The notes under the pieces are model-generated. The model did not search any database. It was not told the origin of the DNA and saw only the letters and a list, made by a program, of their open reading frames with translations. From Auanema rhodensis (taxonomy: Eukaryota; Animalia; Nematoda), in contig OZ059900.1 of assembly GCA_964057225.1 (NCBI GenBank), positions 9,920,001 to 9,984,000 of the forward strand: 64,000 bases of DNA, given 5' to 3'. Positions 12,019 to 25,341 of this stretch are shown one piece after another; positions within the stretch are counted from its first letter, which is position 1, and each line of letters starts with the position of its first letter. The translations under genes were made by a program, and so were the position numbers.

Positions 12019-14024
12019 GAATGATGTATACGTTTTCGGAAGTAGCTGAATATATCTGCAGTAGCTATCTCGCATTCTGCTTCTTGTGTTAACGAGGAAG
12101 ACCGACAGCAAACGAGCGCGAAATATTTGGAATTGGCTTTGTCTGAAGAGATAGCATGAAGATTTAACTTTTTTTCTGCTTGCCGCTTTTACATATTAAC
12201 AAGACTGATGTACAATGCAGTAAAACATCTTTACCTAGTATTGTCTAAGCGGATATGATTATAGGTTATGAGATGTAATGATTTCCATGTGCATAAGCAT
12301 AAGTTAAACTAAATAAGTTCAAATATTGGACAGAACTGCTTGGAATATATTAATTTTAAGAAAAAATAATGGAGTTTCTTGGAAATATTTAATTATTATT
12401 GAATTTTATGGGGAAATGTCTATAATATGATATGCAAATAACTAATTTCCTCAACGACTGCAGGAATTGTTTTCATAGACTATGAATATTTTCCATATTT
12501 CCAAAACTATATATAATAGTTAAGGAATTGCTAAACTACAATAAAATATGATGTAAATGAGAAAATTTGTCGAATTGAATTCAAAGTTTATATTTGGATG
12601 AAATACATAATAATAACTTTGTTTGAAATTGTCTATCTGCATTCAGACAACTGTTTATGATGAGAAAACTTATTTTTATTTAACTTAGTAAAAATTTTAA
12701 CCTTGAACAACATTTTCATCCGGAAATGAAACATTTTATCTTCATGCTGAAATGAAAAGTCAACATATTTTGCTTTTTGATTTGAAAATAAATAACAATA
12801 TTTTAAGAAAGGTAAAATATTTCAAACATTTAGACATTCTTAACGTTTCTGTAAAATATAGACAACTGATGGGTTCATATCAACTTTAAACACTGAAAGC
12901 ATTTCAAATTTCTTTCTGGTTTTGAACATTTCTACTGCAAGTATATCAAGCATTTCATATATTGTTTGTATTCAGAAAATTGTCGTCTAATCAACATATA
13001 TATTTCCTCCTGAATATACTCGACCTGGACGTGGATGTGCCGAGATATTGGAATTGAAGCCGTCTGCCGCCAACTGAAATAGGAGATGTTATACACAGGA
13101 ATCAGATTAACACGTTTAAGATGTTAAATGCTCAGATGATGCGAACCTCTTGATTCATTACATATGCTATGTGTTCTACCATATCGCCAGCTCTATATGC
13201 ATGCCATTCCATATTTTGATTATCGGCCTTATCTCGTTCCACCATGTCATCTGAATATAAACATTTTATTTATCACGTCATCATGATTTCGCAAATATTT
13301 TGAACTGTGACTATGTATATCTTCAATTGGAAATGTTGAAAAGGTATATATTTTTGAAAAAAAATCCGTTTGGAAGCGTTTTGACTAGTTTCAATCACAA
13401 TTATGCCAGGCTATAAGTCACCTAAAGCATGTACAGATCTTCTGCTATGCATTGCTGTACGCGGTCTTGCTCGACGACGAGCATTGTATCGTTCTTCTTC
13501 TTCTGGAGGACAGAATGATGAAATATTCCAATCGTTCAAGCTTACAACATCCCTTAAATAAGAAACCAGTCAGAATTAAAGTGAAAAAGCTTGTGTGTGA
13601 ACTAACTCTTCTTCATTTCCGTTTTCTGAATTAATTTCGATTGGCATCTGAAAATGGATAGTTTAACCTCGACTAATCAAGTCTTTGATCGGAACCGATA
13701 CAATAGAGGAAATTGAGTGAAATGTGAGAGAAGGAACTTTGACTTATACGAATGATTCTTCGGAATATCTTTACCTCACTCACTTATACTCTTCTCTACC
13801 ACAAAATTCTTGTTTCACACACACTGCCACTTCTATTACTGAACAACTTGGCTGCGAACATGCGGTGAGCAGAAAAAATATTCGTTTCTGTTCTTGACTT
13901 GTACATTTTTAAAGGGCAAACTTCAGAATAATTAGTGCAAACTTTACGTTTTCATTCTTAGTGAGAGAATTGTCATTGGCCAGCATGTATCCAACTGTTT
14001 GACTCATAACATCAGTGAATTCAC
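12019..14024 (-). CDS. Putative multi-exon coding sequence of unknown function (model unresolved)
   Basis: Chain of phase-compatible exons starting TTTTCAG|ATG at 13647: MPIEINSENGNEE / EDVVSLNDW..RRSVHAL / DDMVERDK..YVMNQE / LAADGFNSNISAHPRP / DKANSKYFALVCC..YFRK. Further candidate exons at 14024-13948 and 13851-13784. Start, stop and linkage are uncertain. Confidence 0.45.
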
Positions 14025-15846
14025 CTGCAACATGAAATCAATAAAAGTCAAATAGAAAAAACGGAATTGCTTCATCTCCGTCCAGTGTAATTATACTTAA
14101 TTGCCATAAGACAATAGCAGTCAGCCTATTTATTCATCAATGGACTTTCAGCCACAAATGAAGTACTGCAATCTTTTTTTTGTTTCAGCCCCTTTTATGC
14201 TCTCAGCACGTCATGAACTAGTTAGTAAGTACTAGCGTTAGCTCTTGCTATAAATCTTTTTTCTCCTTGTTTGAGAAGAAGGAGAGAAATGAAGTGTTGA
14301 GAATCATGAAGAACGATGAGAGTTCCAAATGAGAAAAGAGAGATGGAGCGTGTGAGTGATTGAGAGAAGGTCCTGACTCAGTAACAAAATAACGCCAGAG
14401 AGATGTAGAGATAGATATATTTGAAGAGAATGGAATGTATTCAGAGACAAAATGGAATAAAAATAGGCATTGTACTCATTTTCTTACCATACTTTCAAAG
14501 TAAGGAAGTCATTCCGCTGAATGTTTCATATAGATCTATCTTTACCCTCTTACAGCATCACATATCATGTTCTTTCTATAATTTTCTAGAGCAAATCTAG
14601 TCCAAATACTTGCAATACAGCGTCTCAAGAGATTGCTTCATTTATGGTATATACAGCTTCTATTATAACAAAATGTCATTCAATCGTTCGCACATTATTT
14701 ATAATTTGTCACAACCAATCCATCTAATGATTATAATATTTTCTGGTCGTAAAAACAGTTTTTCTCCTCTTTTTGCTTCAATTTATCAACTTTTTCGCTG
14801 TAGACCTGTACTTCTTCTAGTTGAAAGCTTGTGATGTTTTCTCATGATTTTTATCATTAAAGTGGGTTCATAGAAAGCTTAAATACAAAAGGATTTTAAA
14901 ATATTTTAAAGTCTAAACTTTCTTGTTATAACATATAAAGTTTTAATGCATTTTTCATAATGCTTAGTTGTACAACTTAACTTATATACTATACTTATAT
15001 GATAGTATATACTGTTTTTATTCTTTTGAAATGAAAAATATTTAAAATTCTATATTTATTATATGCGTATAGCTCATAATAATTCTATATATTATATATT
15101 ATATATATAATATATAATTTATGGTTATAAATTAATTGAAACTTTTATTATAGCACTCATTCTACCCTTTTAAATGTACAAAAAAAGCATAAAAGTTATA
15201 TATATCTGTCAGAATATTGATAAACATATCACATAATGTGTGGCTGTCATTGATTTATACTCAATAACCTCATTAGTCCGGAAGTTATTTGATCATTTTG
15301 CATGTTAAACTAACACCGCACATAGCATTACCAATACTCTCGACCGCACTAATGACCAGCAATTAGTGGAGCAAGATAGATGAATTTGAACATGAAAAGC
15401 GACAAAAGCGAATTAACACAATGTCAGTGTAATCTTACTTTATCACATATATATGCTTTTTTAACATTTTTTTCGTTTAATTCACCAAAAAATGTGCTTC
15501 TTTCAAATGTGCTTTCAAGTATTTTAAGACAAATGAAATGCCACATCAAAGGTCTTGAGAAAAAAGGATAATCCACATACGCTGAAGCGAAAAACTCGAC
15601 CAAATTATCACCTTTGTTCTCACAAATTCAATAAATTAAAACATTATTTTTTATTTTTGTTCGTGTTGGTGGTGAAACATTTTTTTCTTCTTTTATTTCA
15701 TTTTCTAGTAGCTAATTTCTAATAACATGAAGTGTTTAGTCGAAAATTGCCGTATTACTGATTTATGAAAATGGAAGAAAACTAGTAGCCAGCATCAGAG
15801 GAGATGCTCTTTTACAAAACGCTCACAAACACAAACATTTCCGTAC

Positions 15847-17086
15847 GAAAATAAACGATTCGATGTTGAGTGCTCGTTTTAGCTGTGCCGCTTTTTCATC
15901 CAGCACTCAATCATATCAGTCATTTATCATTTTTATGTTTATTCAAAAAATCTGTTTTGTTATATTGATCAATAAAAAATGTTTTCTCATACTTACATTG
16001 AAGATAATCCTTCATGCGATCTTTTTTTGTACTGCTTTCAGTGCCAATTTCAATATCTTTCTTTGTTTTATCGTCACTCACCACCTTTTCAGTTGCATTG
16101 AGTCCAACATTTCTGAAACAATCACGAATAAGATCACTTGAATCACTACATTTACATGGAATTGTGGGGACCCAACGATAGGTCAGCTGGATCAAAAAAT
16201 CAACAAATACGAAAAGCATCAGCAGTAAGTTTAGTTTTATTGAATAACTAGACAGCCATCCTGCATGATGTTTGCTCAAACATTGAAAATAATGATTCAT
16301 CAGCATGATGACACATATCGAAATGTTGTATTTGTGTCTCTAGTTATTGTATTGTGTAATATCTTGGTACTTACGTCTCTGGAGTTGGACTCGTGCTGCT
16401 GTAATCAACTTTAAAAGCTTCTTGCCAGTTGTCCATACTGAATCGTGAACTATGCACCTTGGATACAGGACAGTTGAATGATACAAAGAGAATAATCCAT
16501 CCAACAAAGCAGAATATCAAGCCAGATGCGGATATAAGTCCTTAACGCATGATAGATAATTTAAGAAATTAGATATAAAACTAAAGTAATAGCTATGTCA
16601 ATGTTGTTTATCTCGGAAATGTTGTTACAAGACAAAATTGTATTTGAATTGGAAAAACAAAAATTAGAAGCCGATGAGTTCAAAGGCTTAACAACTTTCA
16701 CAATTTGCTTTTTGTTACTTTCTATGCTGTGAAGGTTAAAGAAGAAAAATATCAGCAGGTTTCAAGAAAAATAACATTGAATTGACCAAAATTAATTGCC
16801 CTCAGCAAATATTTCTCACTCATCAACAGTACAAACATGTTTTTTCTCAATTGTTAATCTATTATAAGAATTTGAGAAAGAAAAACTTTAATTACACTAA
16901 CCTATTATCCACCATTTTTGCGTTGAAGCAGCATTTTCCAGGTGAATTGCTGTAAATATGAATACAATCAATGAAGATAACATAGATCTTTTCCCTTCTG
17001 TGTGGGTATTCAGTGCAAAAGTTAACTTTTTTTTTGTGTTTCTAGTAACTGATGTTTGGAAGTTTTAAAATAAACTTACAACTCAT
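15847..17086 (-). CDS. Putative type II single-pass membrane protein, 5' exons
   Basis: ATG AGT T|GTAAGT at 17086-17080 splices to IHLENAASTQKWWIIG / LISASGLIFCFVGWIILFVSFNCPVSK (TM helix), plausibly then LTYRWVPTIPCKCSDSSDLIRDCF..DYLQ / LLDEKAAQLKRALNIESFIF. May continue into the 12-14 kb exons. Confidence 0.5.
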
Positions 17087-20000
17087 TTTGCGTATGGGAT
17101 AGCGCAATGTAGCGGAGATATAGCTTAGAGACAGACGAGCTAGATCTCTGGTTACAATCTATAATGCATAGATATTTCTTTTTTTGTTCTTTTTTCTTTC
17201 TTTTCTTCCTCTAAAAGGGTTGATTCGAATACAAATTATGGTGATCTGCTATCTTTTTGATTAACTACTACACGCTCATAAAACTGAGAGACAGACAGAT
17301 AGATAGGTTTTTAGGTTTTTTTTATATTCTATAGATATTATGTATATACATTTCGATCTATATAGTTATGCATATATGTATATATATGTATATATAGTAT
17401 ATAGTATATATAAACTAGATAAATATAGTTAAGATTTCAAAACTACAATCAATTTATGAATATTTCATGCGATGATTTAGTTTTCAATGCTGTTTATATG
17501 CTATTTCTTTTCTTGTTTTCTTTGTTTCAATGCAAAAACAAAAACTATGAACAAATTTTAAATCTACACACACACAATATCCAAGGATATTTTTATAAAT
17601 TTTCAAATATACATGTGAAAATGAAAATTCTCAATCTAAAATAGTGATGTGAATACAAATGGGTGTGTATCATATTTATTCTTAAGCAATTCATCCTTCC
17701 TTTTTCTTACTTTGTTATTATGTTCAGCCATGATAATCTTCTTCTTCTTCTTGCTCTCTGATTCGACCAAAAATAATTTTAAATGAATAAAACACATAGC
17801 ATACATACTATATAATTAATTTATAACATATAACATGCATAACTAACAATTAAGATTAGCCAATCTGCTTCAATATTCAATTGTTTTTGAAAAGGATAGT
17901 CTTTATCAATTTCTTTCACGTATTCATTTTTAAGTGTACGTCTATATACAATTATATTATAGATGTATATAATATATATAATATATTAACTATACTATAT
18001 ATATATGTATATGTAAATATATGGATATTACACATATATATTTATATATTTTTACATCCATCTATCTATCTATATATATCTGTCTTATGCATCTGTGCCG
18101 TTTTTTATGTGTCGTGCGTAATCATTTGAATCAGTTATATTTTGCGGGCCGTCGATTCGCAAAAAGACTTGGACTCTTGTTCTCTCTTCACTGCCCAACT
18201 CCCTTCCCTTTCCGTCTTGCTCTTGCTCTCTTCCCCCCCCCCAACCACCCAACTTGGGTCGATCATTTCTCAAATATTTTTAGCTGTTGAAAAAAGAATT
18301 TAAACTATGATGCTACATTTCAAAAACCTTTCAACATATTGCTTTTTACCAACTAATTCTAATATTTATGCTCTTTATGAATAGAGCTATATATTTATTT
18401 TTCATATTTTAATTGTATATTATGCGTAGTTGCCGTTTTTTTCCCTTCTTTTCTCTCGTTTTTTGATGCTCATTGGTCATCAGTATGCCATTCATTTCTC
18501 TCAACTTTGCAACATTTTCTTATTTTTTTTACTGAAAGTATAACAAATTTTCTAAAAAAAAGACAATTTGATCTCTTATGTGTTCCAATTACTTCCATGT
18601 ATGCACAACTTCCGCTTATAAATCTGGAATTCAATTTACTCATGAACTAGCTGAGCATTAAGCTTCATGAACTAGCAAGAAATTGAGAATGAGTAAACGA
18701 GTAGAACAGAAAGTGGACCAGAGAGAGTAAGAGATAGGGCGAGAGAGAGAGAGATACGGAAGAGTGGGTCGAGGGTTAGCGGATTTTTTTTGGTGAAAAT
18801 CGCGAAAAAGATGCACAACTAACATAGGCTGATAGATCTCTAAATTTCATAGCTTCTCGATTTCGAATTGCATTACTGAAACTTTGAAACATAAGTTTCA
18901 CATCGATATTTGATGTTTAAATATAATGTAATATACATTATTGATTGAACTTTTCATCCTATTTTCCTATTATGTTGAAAGAAAAGAGTTTATTATATGT
19001 TCTTTAAGTAAGGCTAGAATAAGAAGAAAAAAATGACAATTTTGAAGCAGCGAAAGAAGCAGTAAAGAAAAAAATCTTCATTTTTTTCAAAATTTTAATC
19101 AAATTTCTACAAGAGCGCACAAAGAAGACGATGCAGAAGTTGCAGAAGCAACTTTTTCTTTTTTCTTTTGCTTTTTTTCTCTTTATTCACTAATTCAAAA
19201 TACATTTTCCATACATATACACGAATTCTTTTCTCCAGTTGTTTGCAATGACACAAAATAAATTTGTTGTCTATTGTAATGTTCATACTGTGCTTTATTT
19301 CTGTCTATGTTACCGAATTAGATGACAGGCCGCCAGATGAAAGTGAGCTGGCAACAAAATAAGCGTACAAGATAGTTATACAAGAAATCAACACGACTCC
19401 TGCACATTCGCGAGTCATAGTAGCTCATGCGGTCGGCTCATAGTTCATCTAGTTGTCAGCTAGGTGAAGTATGCATGTAATTCATTTTCAAACCTGTCTA
19501 ATTCATATTTTTGGGTTTTTCTCTCTTTCCCTTTTCTCGTATTATTATTTTCGAAAGTAGAACACACCACTTGTTAGCTTTTATTGTCTTCTTTTCTTTT
19601 TTCTCCACTCTTCCCTCTATTCTTGAATTCTTTATCTCTTGCATTTGATCTTGATTTTTTTCTTTTCCTCTTTTATTTGATTCGTGAAAAAAATTTATTT
19701 TATACCAAAAATTATCTCATTTCTCGTATTATCCATAAAAGCAATTGTCTTTTTCTTTTTTTTTATTTTCAGTTTTTTAATTTATTTTTCAAAATTTATT
19801 TCTGTAAATTTTCAAAGTTATGGCAAAAAGATATACATATATCTATATATACATAAGGATATAAAAATTATTTTGTTTGCATTTGTCTTATTTTACATTT
19901 ATTTCAAATTCTGAACACATGCTTAACAAGTTATATTCATATTTTTGTTGGCGCAAATGACTCTATAAATCACTTTTGTCGTTAATCTTTAAAGAAATAC

Positions 20001-23000
20001 TGACCCATGATGCTTGCGATTGTCGAATAGTTTGAGATTTCGTGTATATTTTGAATTTTTCTTCGACACATACTTTGATTTTCAGTTCTCATGGTAGAAA
20101 ATTTTTCAAAAAGCATTGATGTTGTTTGATTAGTCTGAGATTCCAAGTACAATTTCTATGAAATGTATCAATAATATAAATTTTTCTATTTTTCTGCTCA
20201 ACAATTCACATTAATCGTTCCAAACTATAATAAAGATTTGAGAACAATTTGAGTTTTTTTTCTTTTCATCTCATATTCAGTGTTCAATAACTTTGTGAAA
20301 GTTTGAATGAACTTCAATTAAACTCCTTATGTTTATTTAATTTTTAATATTTCAATATGAAATTAATCAAAGTGAAGAATATTAAGAGTATTCTTCTCAA
20401 AGTTTTTAAATATTTACTCATGTAAGCAAATAGCTCACACAATCTCAATTCGGGTGGTGAAGCAGGGGGGGGGGGAAGAGAAAAGATATATATATCAAAA
20501 TTATACAAAAGAAGAGTACAAAGATTGTGATCTATGTTATTGCTCTTGTTGCTCTCTTTCCACTGATCAGTTTCTTCAGTATCCAATATTTAATATGTTC
20601 TTGCTCTTGACAAACCTTATTTTTTCTTGTTGTCATTATCACATTTTTCAATCTCAAGTCGTTTTTCGTCAGCTTTTGTCCGCAGCTCACACTCGATGCC
20701 ATTCTTTTCTTTGCTTCCTCTAATTTTCGTCTCTCAGAATATTTTTGCTTCATAATTACTTTTAATTAATCAAAAATCAGTTCTTGGCATTATAGCCAGC
20801 AAAACAATAGCTGATCTGTCTAACTATATGAATAGCATTTTGCATTTGCTTTCTTACTATTTTTTCTACGTTAATTCCATTTTTTTCATTTATAATTAGA
20901 AATCACATGAGAAAATGCTTCAGTTCACTTTTCTTTTTACCTCGAATTTCGCAATATTATTCCTTACACCTCGACTACAAAATGCGCCAAAAACGGATAT
21001 GATATGACTATAACAACAGTTAGTACATTACTTCTGCTGACTTTACGGCTATTTTCTTAACGTCCACCTCCCCTTCTCCTTTAAGACTGCTTTGTAGTCT
21101 GTGCTTGGCTATAAACCGGCTGTCTTGCTCAAAACTACTTAACAATGGTGCATCTCTCATCTCTCTTGTTCTAGACCAGTACTCACTCCCTTTGCCAATA
21201 GCAGACGTAAACAAAGCACAAAGTCCTAAAAGCACCAAATATATTTCAAAGCTGTCTTTTTGACATTTTATGTAGTTTGGATGCCATGAACAGGTTAAAC
21301 ATTCGTCTGTTCGAAAGAGCACGTTATGTTATAATTCATTGCTTATTTCTCATTCATTCACCGTATTTACGTGAAATTTTCGTTTCCTCATCATCACTTC
21401 CTACTACTTTTACGTTATTTGCATCTTGAAATTTGTTTTTATGCTTTTCATTCAAGTAATCAAACTGATCGACTAGTGGGTTTATAATGTTTTGATCCTG
21501 AATTTGTTTTTTTTTGCTTTCAAGTCACTAATTTTGACACAGGAAATTTGAAAATCTTAATACAATTTTTGAGAATTAAGAGTTAAGATCAATATCTCTC
21601 AAGTACTGCAATGCTTAATTGGCCTAGTGTTGAACGCTAATTTTATAACTACCTGTGATTATCTGCAACTTCATAGGTAATTTAATGTTCGCAACATAAT
21701 AACATGATTTCAATTCTACATTGCTCATTCTTTTTAATTGTTTTATATAATATTGATGTAAACTATAATAATCTTTATTCTCTGAAAATATACATATGTT
21801 ATACTATATACTATACCAATATACTATATAACTTTTATTCTATTTTATGCTAGTTTTTTCAATTCAATTTACAAAATTTCATTTTCAACCCATAACCCTG
21901 TAACTTGAAATCATTTCTATCGTTAAAATGGACAAATACATTACACAAATCACTTTGAAACCCTTGAAATCTCATCGTAACAGCAAAAAATCTTGTTTGT
22001 TTAGCCAGCTATTCATCTATGTTTTTAGCTATGCCCTCTAACCAAACGAATACTACGAGTTAAATAAGAAAAAAAAAGATGATGAAAAAGATGATGATGA
22101 CAACGACGAAAAGAGAAATATATGAATATCAAGACGCAGTTATTTTTTTGCCTTCTTTTTCTTTTTTTTTCATATAACTTTGAGGGTGGAGGAGGAGGTT
22201 AGGGGTGGGGGGGTGTGTTGAGTTTTTCTTAAAAATAACTTCGTGTATTCATGATTTTCGAGGAGTATTTTTAGTGTGAGCACTGCTATGTTATACGCTA
22301 GAGGCTAGGGACGTAACTATTTTGTTTTACTATTTGTATATCTGATCATTTATAATTTATTATCATAATAATTATTTTGTGTTCTCTTAAATAATTACAT
22401 GTTATAGCTTATAAATATCATTTTATTATATGTATTGTTATAGTAAAATAGCAAAATATAATAAGCGCTGTATAGATATACATATGGAAATTGATACACA
22501 TCATCTCAAGTACTTTCATTGTGCTTGCTGCGCTGTGAAACGTTAGATACGTTGATGTGTAAGCCTGTCAAGTTTGTCCTTGACTTGAGTCTCTTTAATT
22601 GAATATAAATCGGCTAGAAGCTAGAATAGTTTTCGTCAAACGGCAGCCAATATTCATAATTTTATGTAAAATTGATATTTTGTACATTTTATTCAAATAA
22701 TAATAATACTTTCATTACAACTTCTGATCTTTTGTTCTTCATTTTTTTGTTCATTCTACTTCTTTTTCAGTTCTACACCTTTCGCTAGCACACTCAACTC
22801 ATTCAATATAATTTAAAAACCGAATATTCATTGATTATGCTAATTAAGCTGTTATGAGATCTGCTAATTATTCAGCAATCATCTAATCAAGTGCTCTTCT
22901 GCAATTTATTGTCTTAGCTTTATTTATTTTCTTTCTCAAAACTAAAGGCTATGCAGGTTCTTTACTTGAACATCCTCTTCCGGTTACTTTCAACATCATT

Positions 23001-25249
23001 CATTGCATTGTCTGAACATTTTTGTTGAAATATTTCTGCCTACCATAAACATTTTGAAAAATTTTCAAATTAATTCAATAAATATTTGATTTCCATAATA
23101 CTTTTAGTGCTGCTATATAATATTTTCTTACTTAGTTCTAATTGTCAAATTACTATTAGCCAACAATTGAACTGGCTATTTTTTATTAATTTTATAATTT
23201 ACTTTAAATTTAATTTTAATTTTCAAAACAAAACATTCAAAAACATTGTTTGAATACTATTTATCACTTCATATGCTATCATTTTTCCTAAAAAATCACA
23301 CGGTTAGCCCGTGCCAAAAGATCTCTAACAGATGTAGTTTGATCTTGACAAACTATTTCATATATTTATATTTTTTACTTCAAATCTATGAAATCAATAT
23401 TCTATATTCTCTTCTATTTTCTATTTTCGTTAACTATATGCCCATAACTACTGACATCTATAACAAACATTTTGGTTGTCTAAGACATTGTATCATTGAC
23501 TTGATGTCTTTCTCTTCCTTTTCTTAAAATATGCATCCACTTGTGTCAGCGAGCAAACTATTTATCTTTTCGTCCAGGTAGCAGTAAGCTGTGCTTTAGA
23601 TTGCAAGTGATATATGTATCCTACATGCATGCACATATGCACGTATATATTGAGCTGAAACTTGTTAAAGCGTGGTCATAGTGACTATCTCCTAATAATT
23701 CATCAACTAGCCCATTAGCGACGACAAACTGAAGACCTAAAAGTCTTTATGTCATTTAGCAACATTTCGAGATGTGAGAGGAAAGCGAGAGAAGACTAAC
23801 ATGCATGATGCCAACAGGTGAATATCTATGTCTTCCGTTGAAGATTACATTCATGCATTCACAGGCCTCGACATGTTGTAGAAATCCAACCGAATATTTC
23901 GTATTATTATTTTTGTTCTTTTTTGTTCTTTTTTATTGTAATTATCATAAAAACTATAATTTCTCTTTCTTCCTTTTGTAGTCAAAAAACTTTTTTATTT
24001 GAAATTCTGTTTTCTTTTACATTTTTTTCGTTCAAAAAATCATTCTTCTTGTTTTTTCATTTGTTCAACCTGTAACGATGTTTGTTTTCAATTTTTCTAT
24101 ATGTTTTTTTTCCATTCATCATTTTATTTCCAGCTTTCATTGAACTATCTTCCTTCATATTCTCAATATGTTTCCGTCTCTCACATTCACTCTCTTATTC
24201 ATGAAGTCATGTTCATTCTCTATTTCCTTTTCTCTCACTCATTCTCTTTCCTTTCGGCTCATGCCCCCAATTTACCTGTCTATCTTCTCTAAGATGGAAA
24301 CCATCTCTCGTTCATAAGCTCTAGTTTTCGTTTTGGCTTTCTTTATGTACTAACTCATTAATAAAGCAAAAACCAGGAACAATTGCTGCTCTTAGAAATG
24401 CCCTAATAACTTCTTTTGTTCAAAAATTATTTAGTCTGTTCACTTTTTACGAATATTTATTCAATAGCAAAAGTGCTTTCATATTATTATCTACTATACT
24501 TTTCTATACCATGCGTCTCCAAAAATCCAGAAAAAAATTATATTGACGAGGAAAGCTCTCAAACACTCTTCATTCGAGCTTGTTCCCATGACTTTTAATC
24601 TGAGAGCACATATTAAGCAATGTTTTTAATAAAAATCAGATGACACCGAGTTTCCTATGACGTTGCTCCAACAAGTTCAAAAATAGCATTTAACCTATAT
24701 AAGATGAAAAAATGAAGAAAGTTGTGGAAGGAAAGATCAGTGAAAGAAAAAAAAAGAAATCAACCGGAAATGTAGTAAAATAAGAATGAAATTGATAAAA
24801 GGTGAAAGTATTGAAGTGTGAAGTTTGAACATAGTTTAGTACTTGAAAAAAGAAATTTAGTCCAAGATATTTGAAGTACTTTTGAAGATTATGAAGTAAG
24901 CAGTTGTAAAGAATATGAGCAAAATGAGAAAGTTTGATTAGAAATAAGAAGCAGGAGATGGCTAGAAGATCCTAGGTACATTTGAAAATTGAAATTAAAT
25001 GCGTGAATTTTGAGATCAAATTGCAACATGATCAGAATGGCTAATGATAAAGCAGATAGCTAGATGAAAGAATAACGAAATATTCTCTAAATGACCTTTG
25101 AGATATCCCTGGCAAGAAAATACAACATAGGCTCGCATTGCCTGAAGATTTGGAATACGAAACAACGAATTGAAGATCACGATGAGTGTTAAAGTTCGCA
25201 AGAACTTGAAGCATTTTCACAACTTTGATTTATTGCGCATTATACACGA

Positions 25250-25341
25250 GGACTATGTGACCCTGGTTTACCCCCCGGGAATTAATTTAGCTTTTATGCC
25301 TCCGGACTTCGGTCGGAAATAGATTTTCTCATGTAACGTCC
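25250..25341 (+). ncRNA. Candidate structured RNA element (multibranch fold with a C(UUCG)G hairpin)
   Basis: GGAC-TATGTGA can pair with TCATGTA-ac-GTCC, enclosing a CCTGG/CCGGG hairpin and TCCGGAC-TTCG-GTCGGA. GC-richer island in AT-rich DNA. No family recognised. Confidence 0.25.

Noticed and set aside
19445-19469. Hairpin TTCATCTAG-TTGTCAG-CTAGGTGAA as a microRNA precursor
   Set aside because: Too short for a pre-miRNA and no match to a conserved miRNA I recognise.
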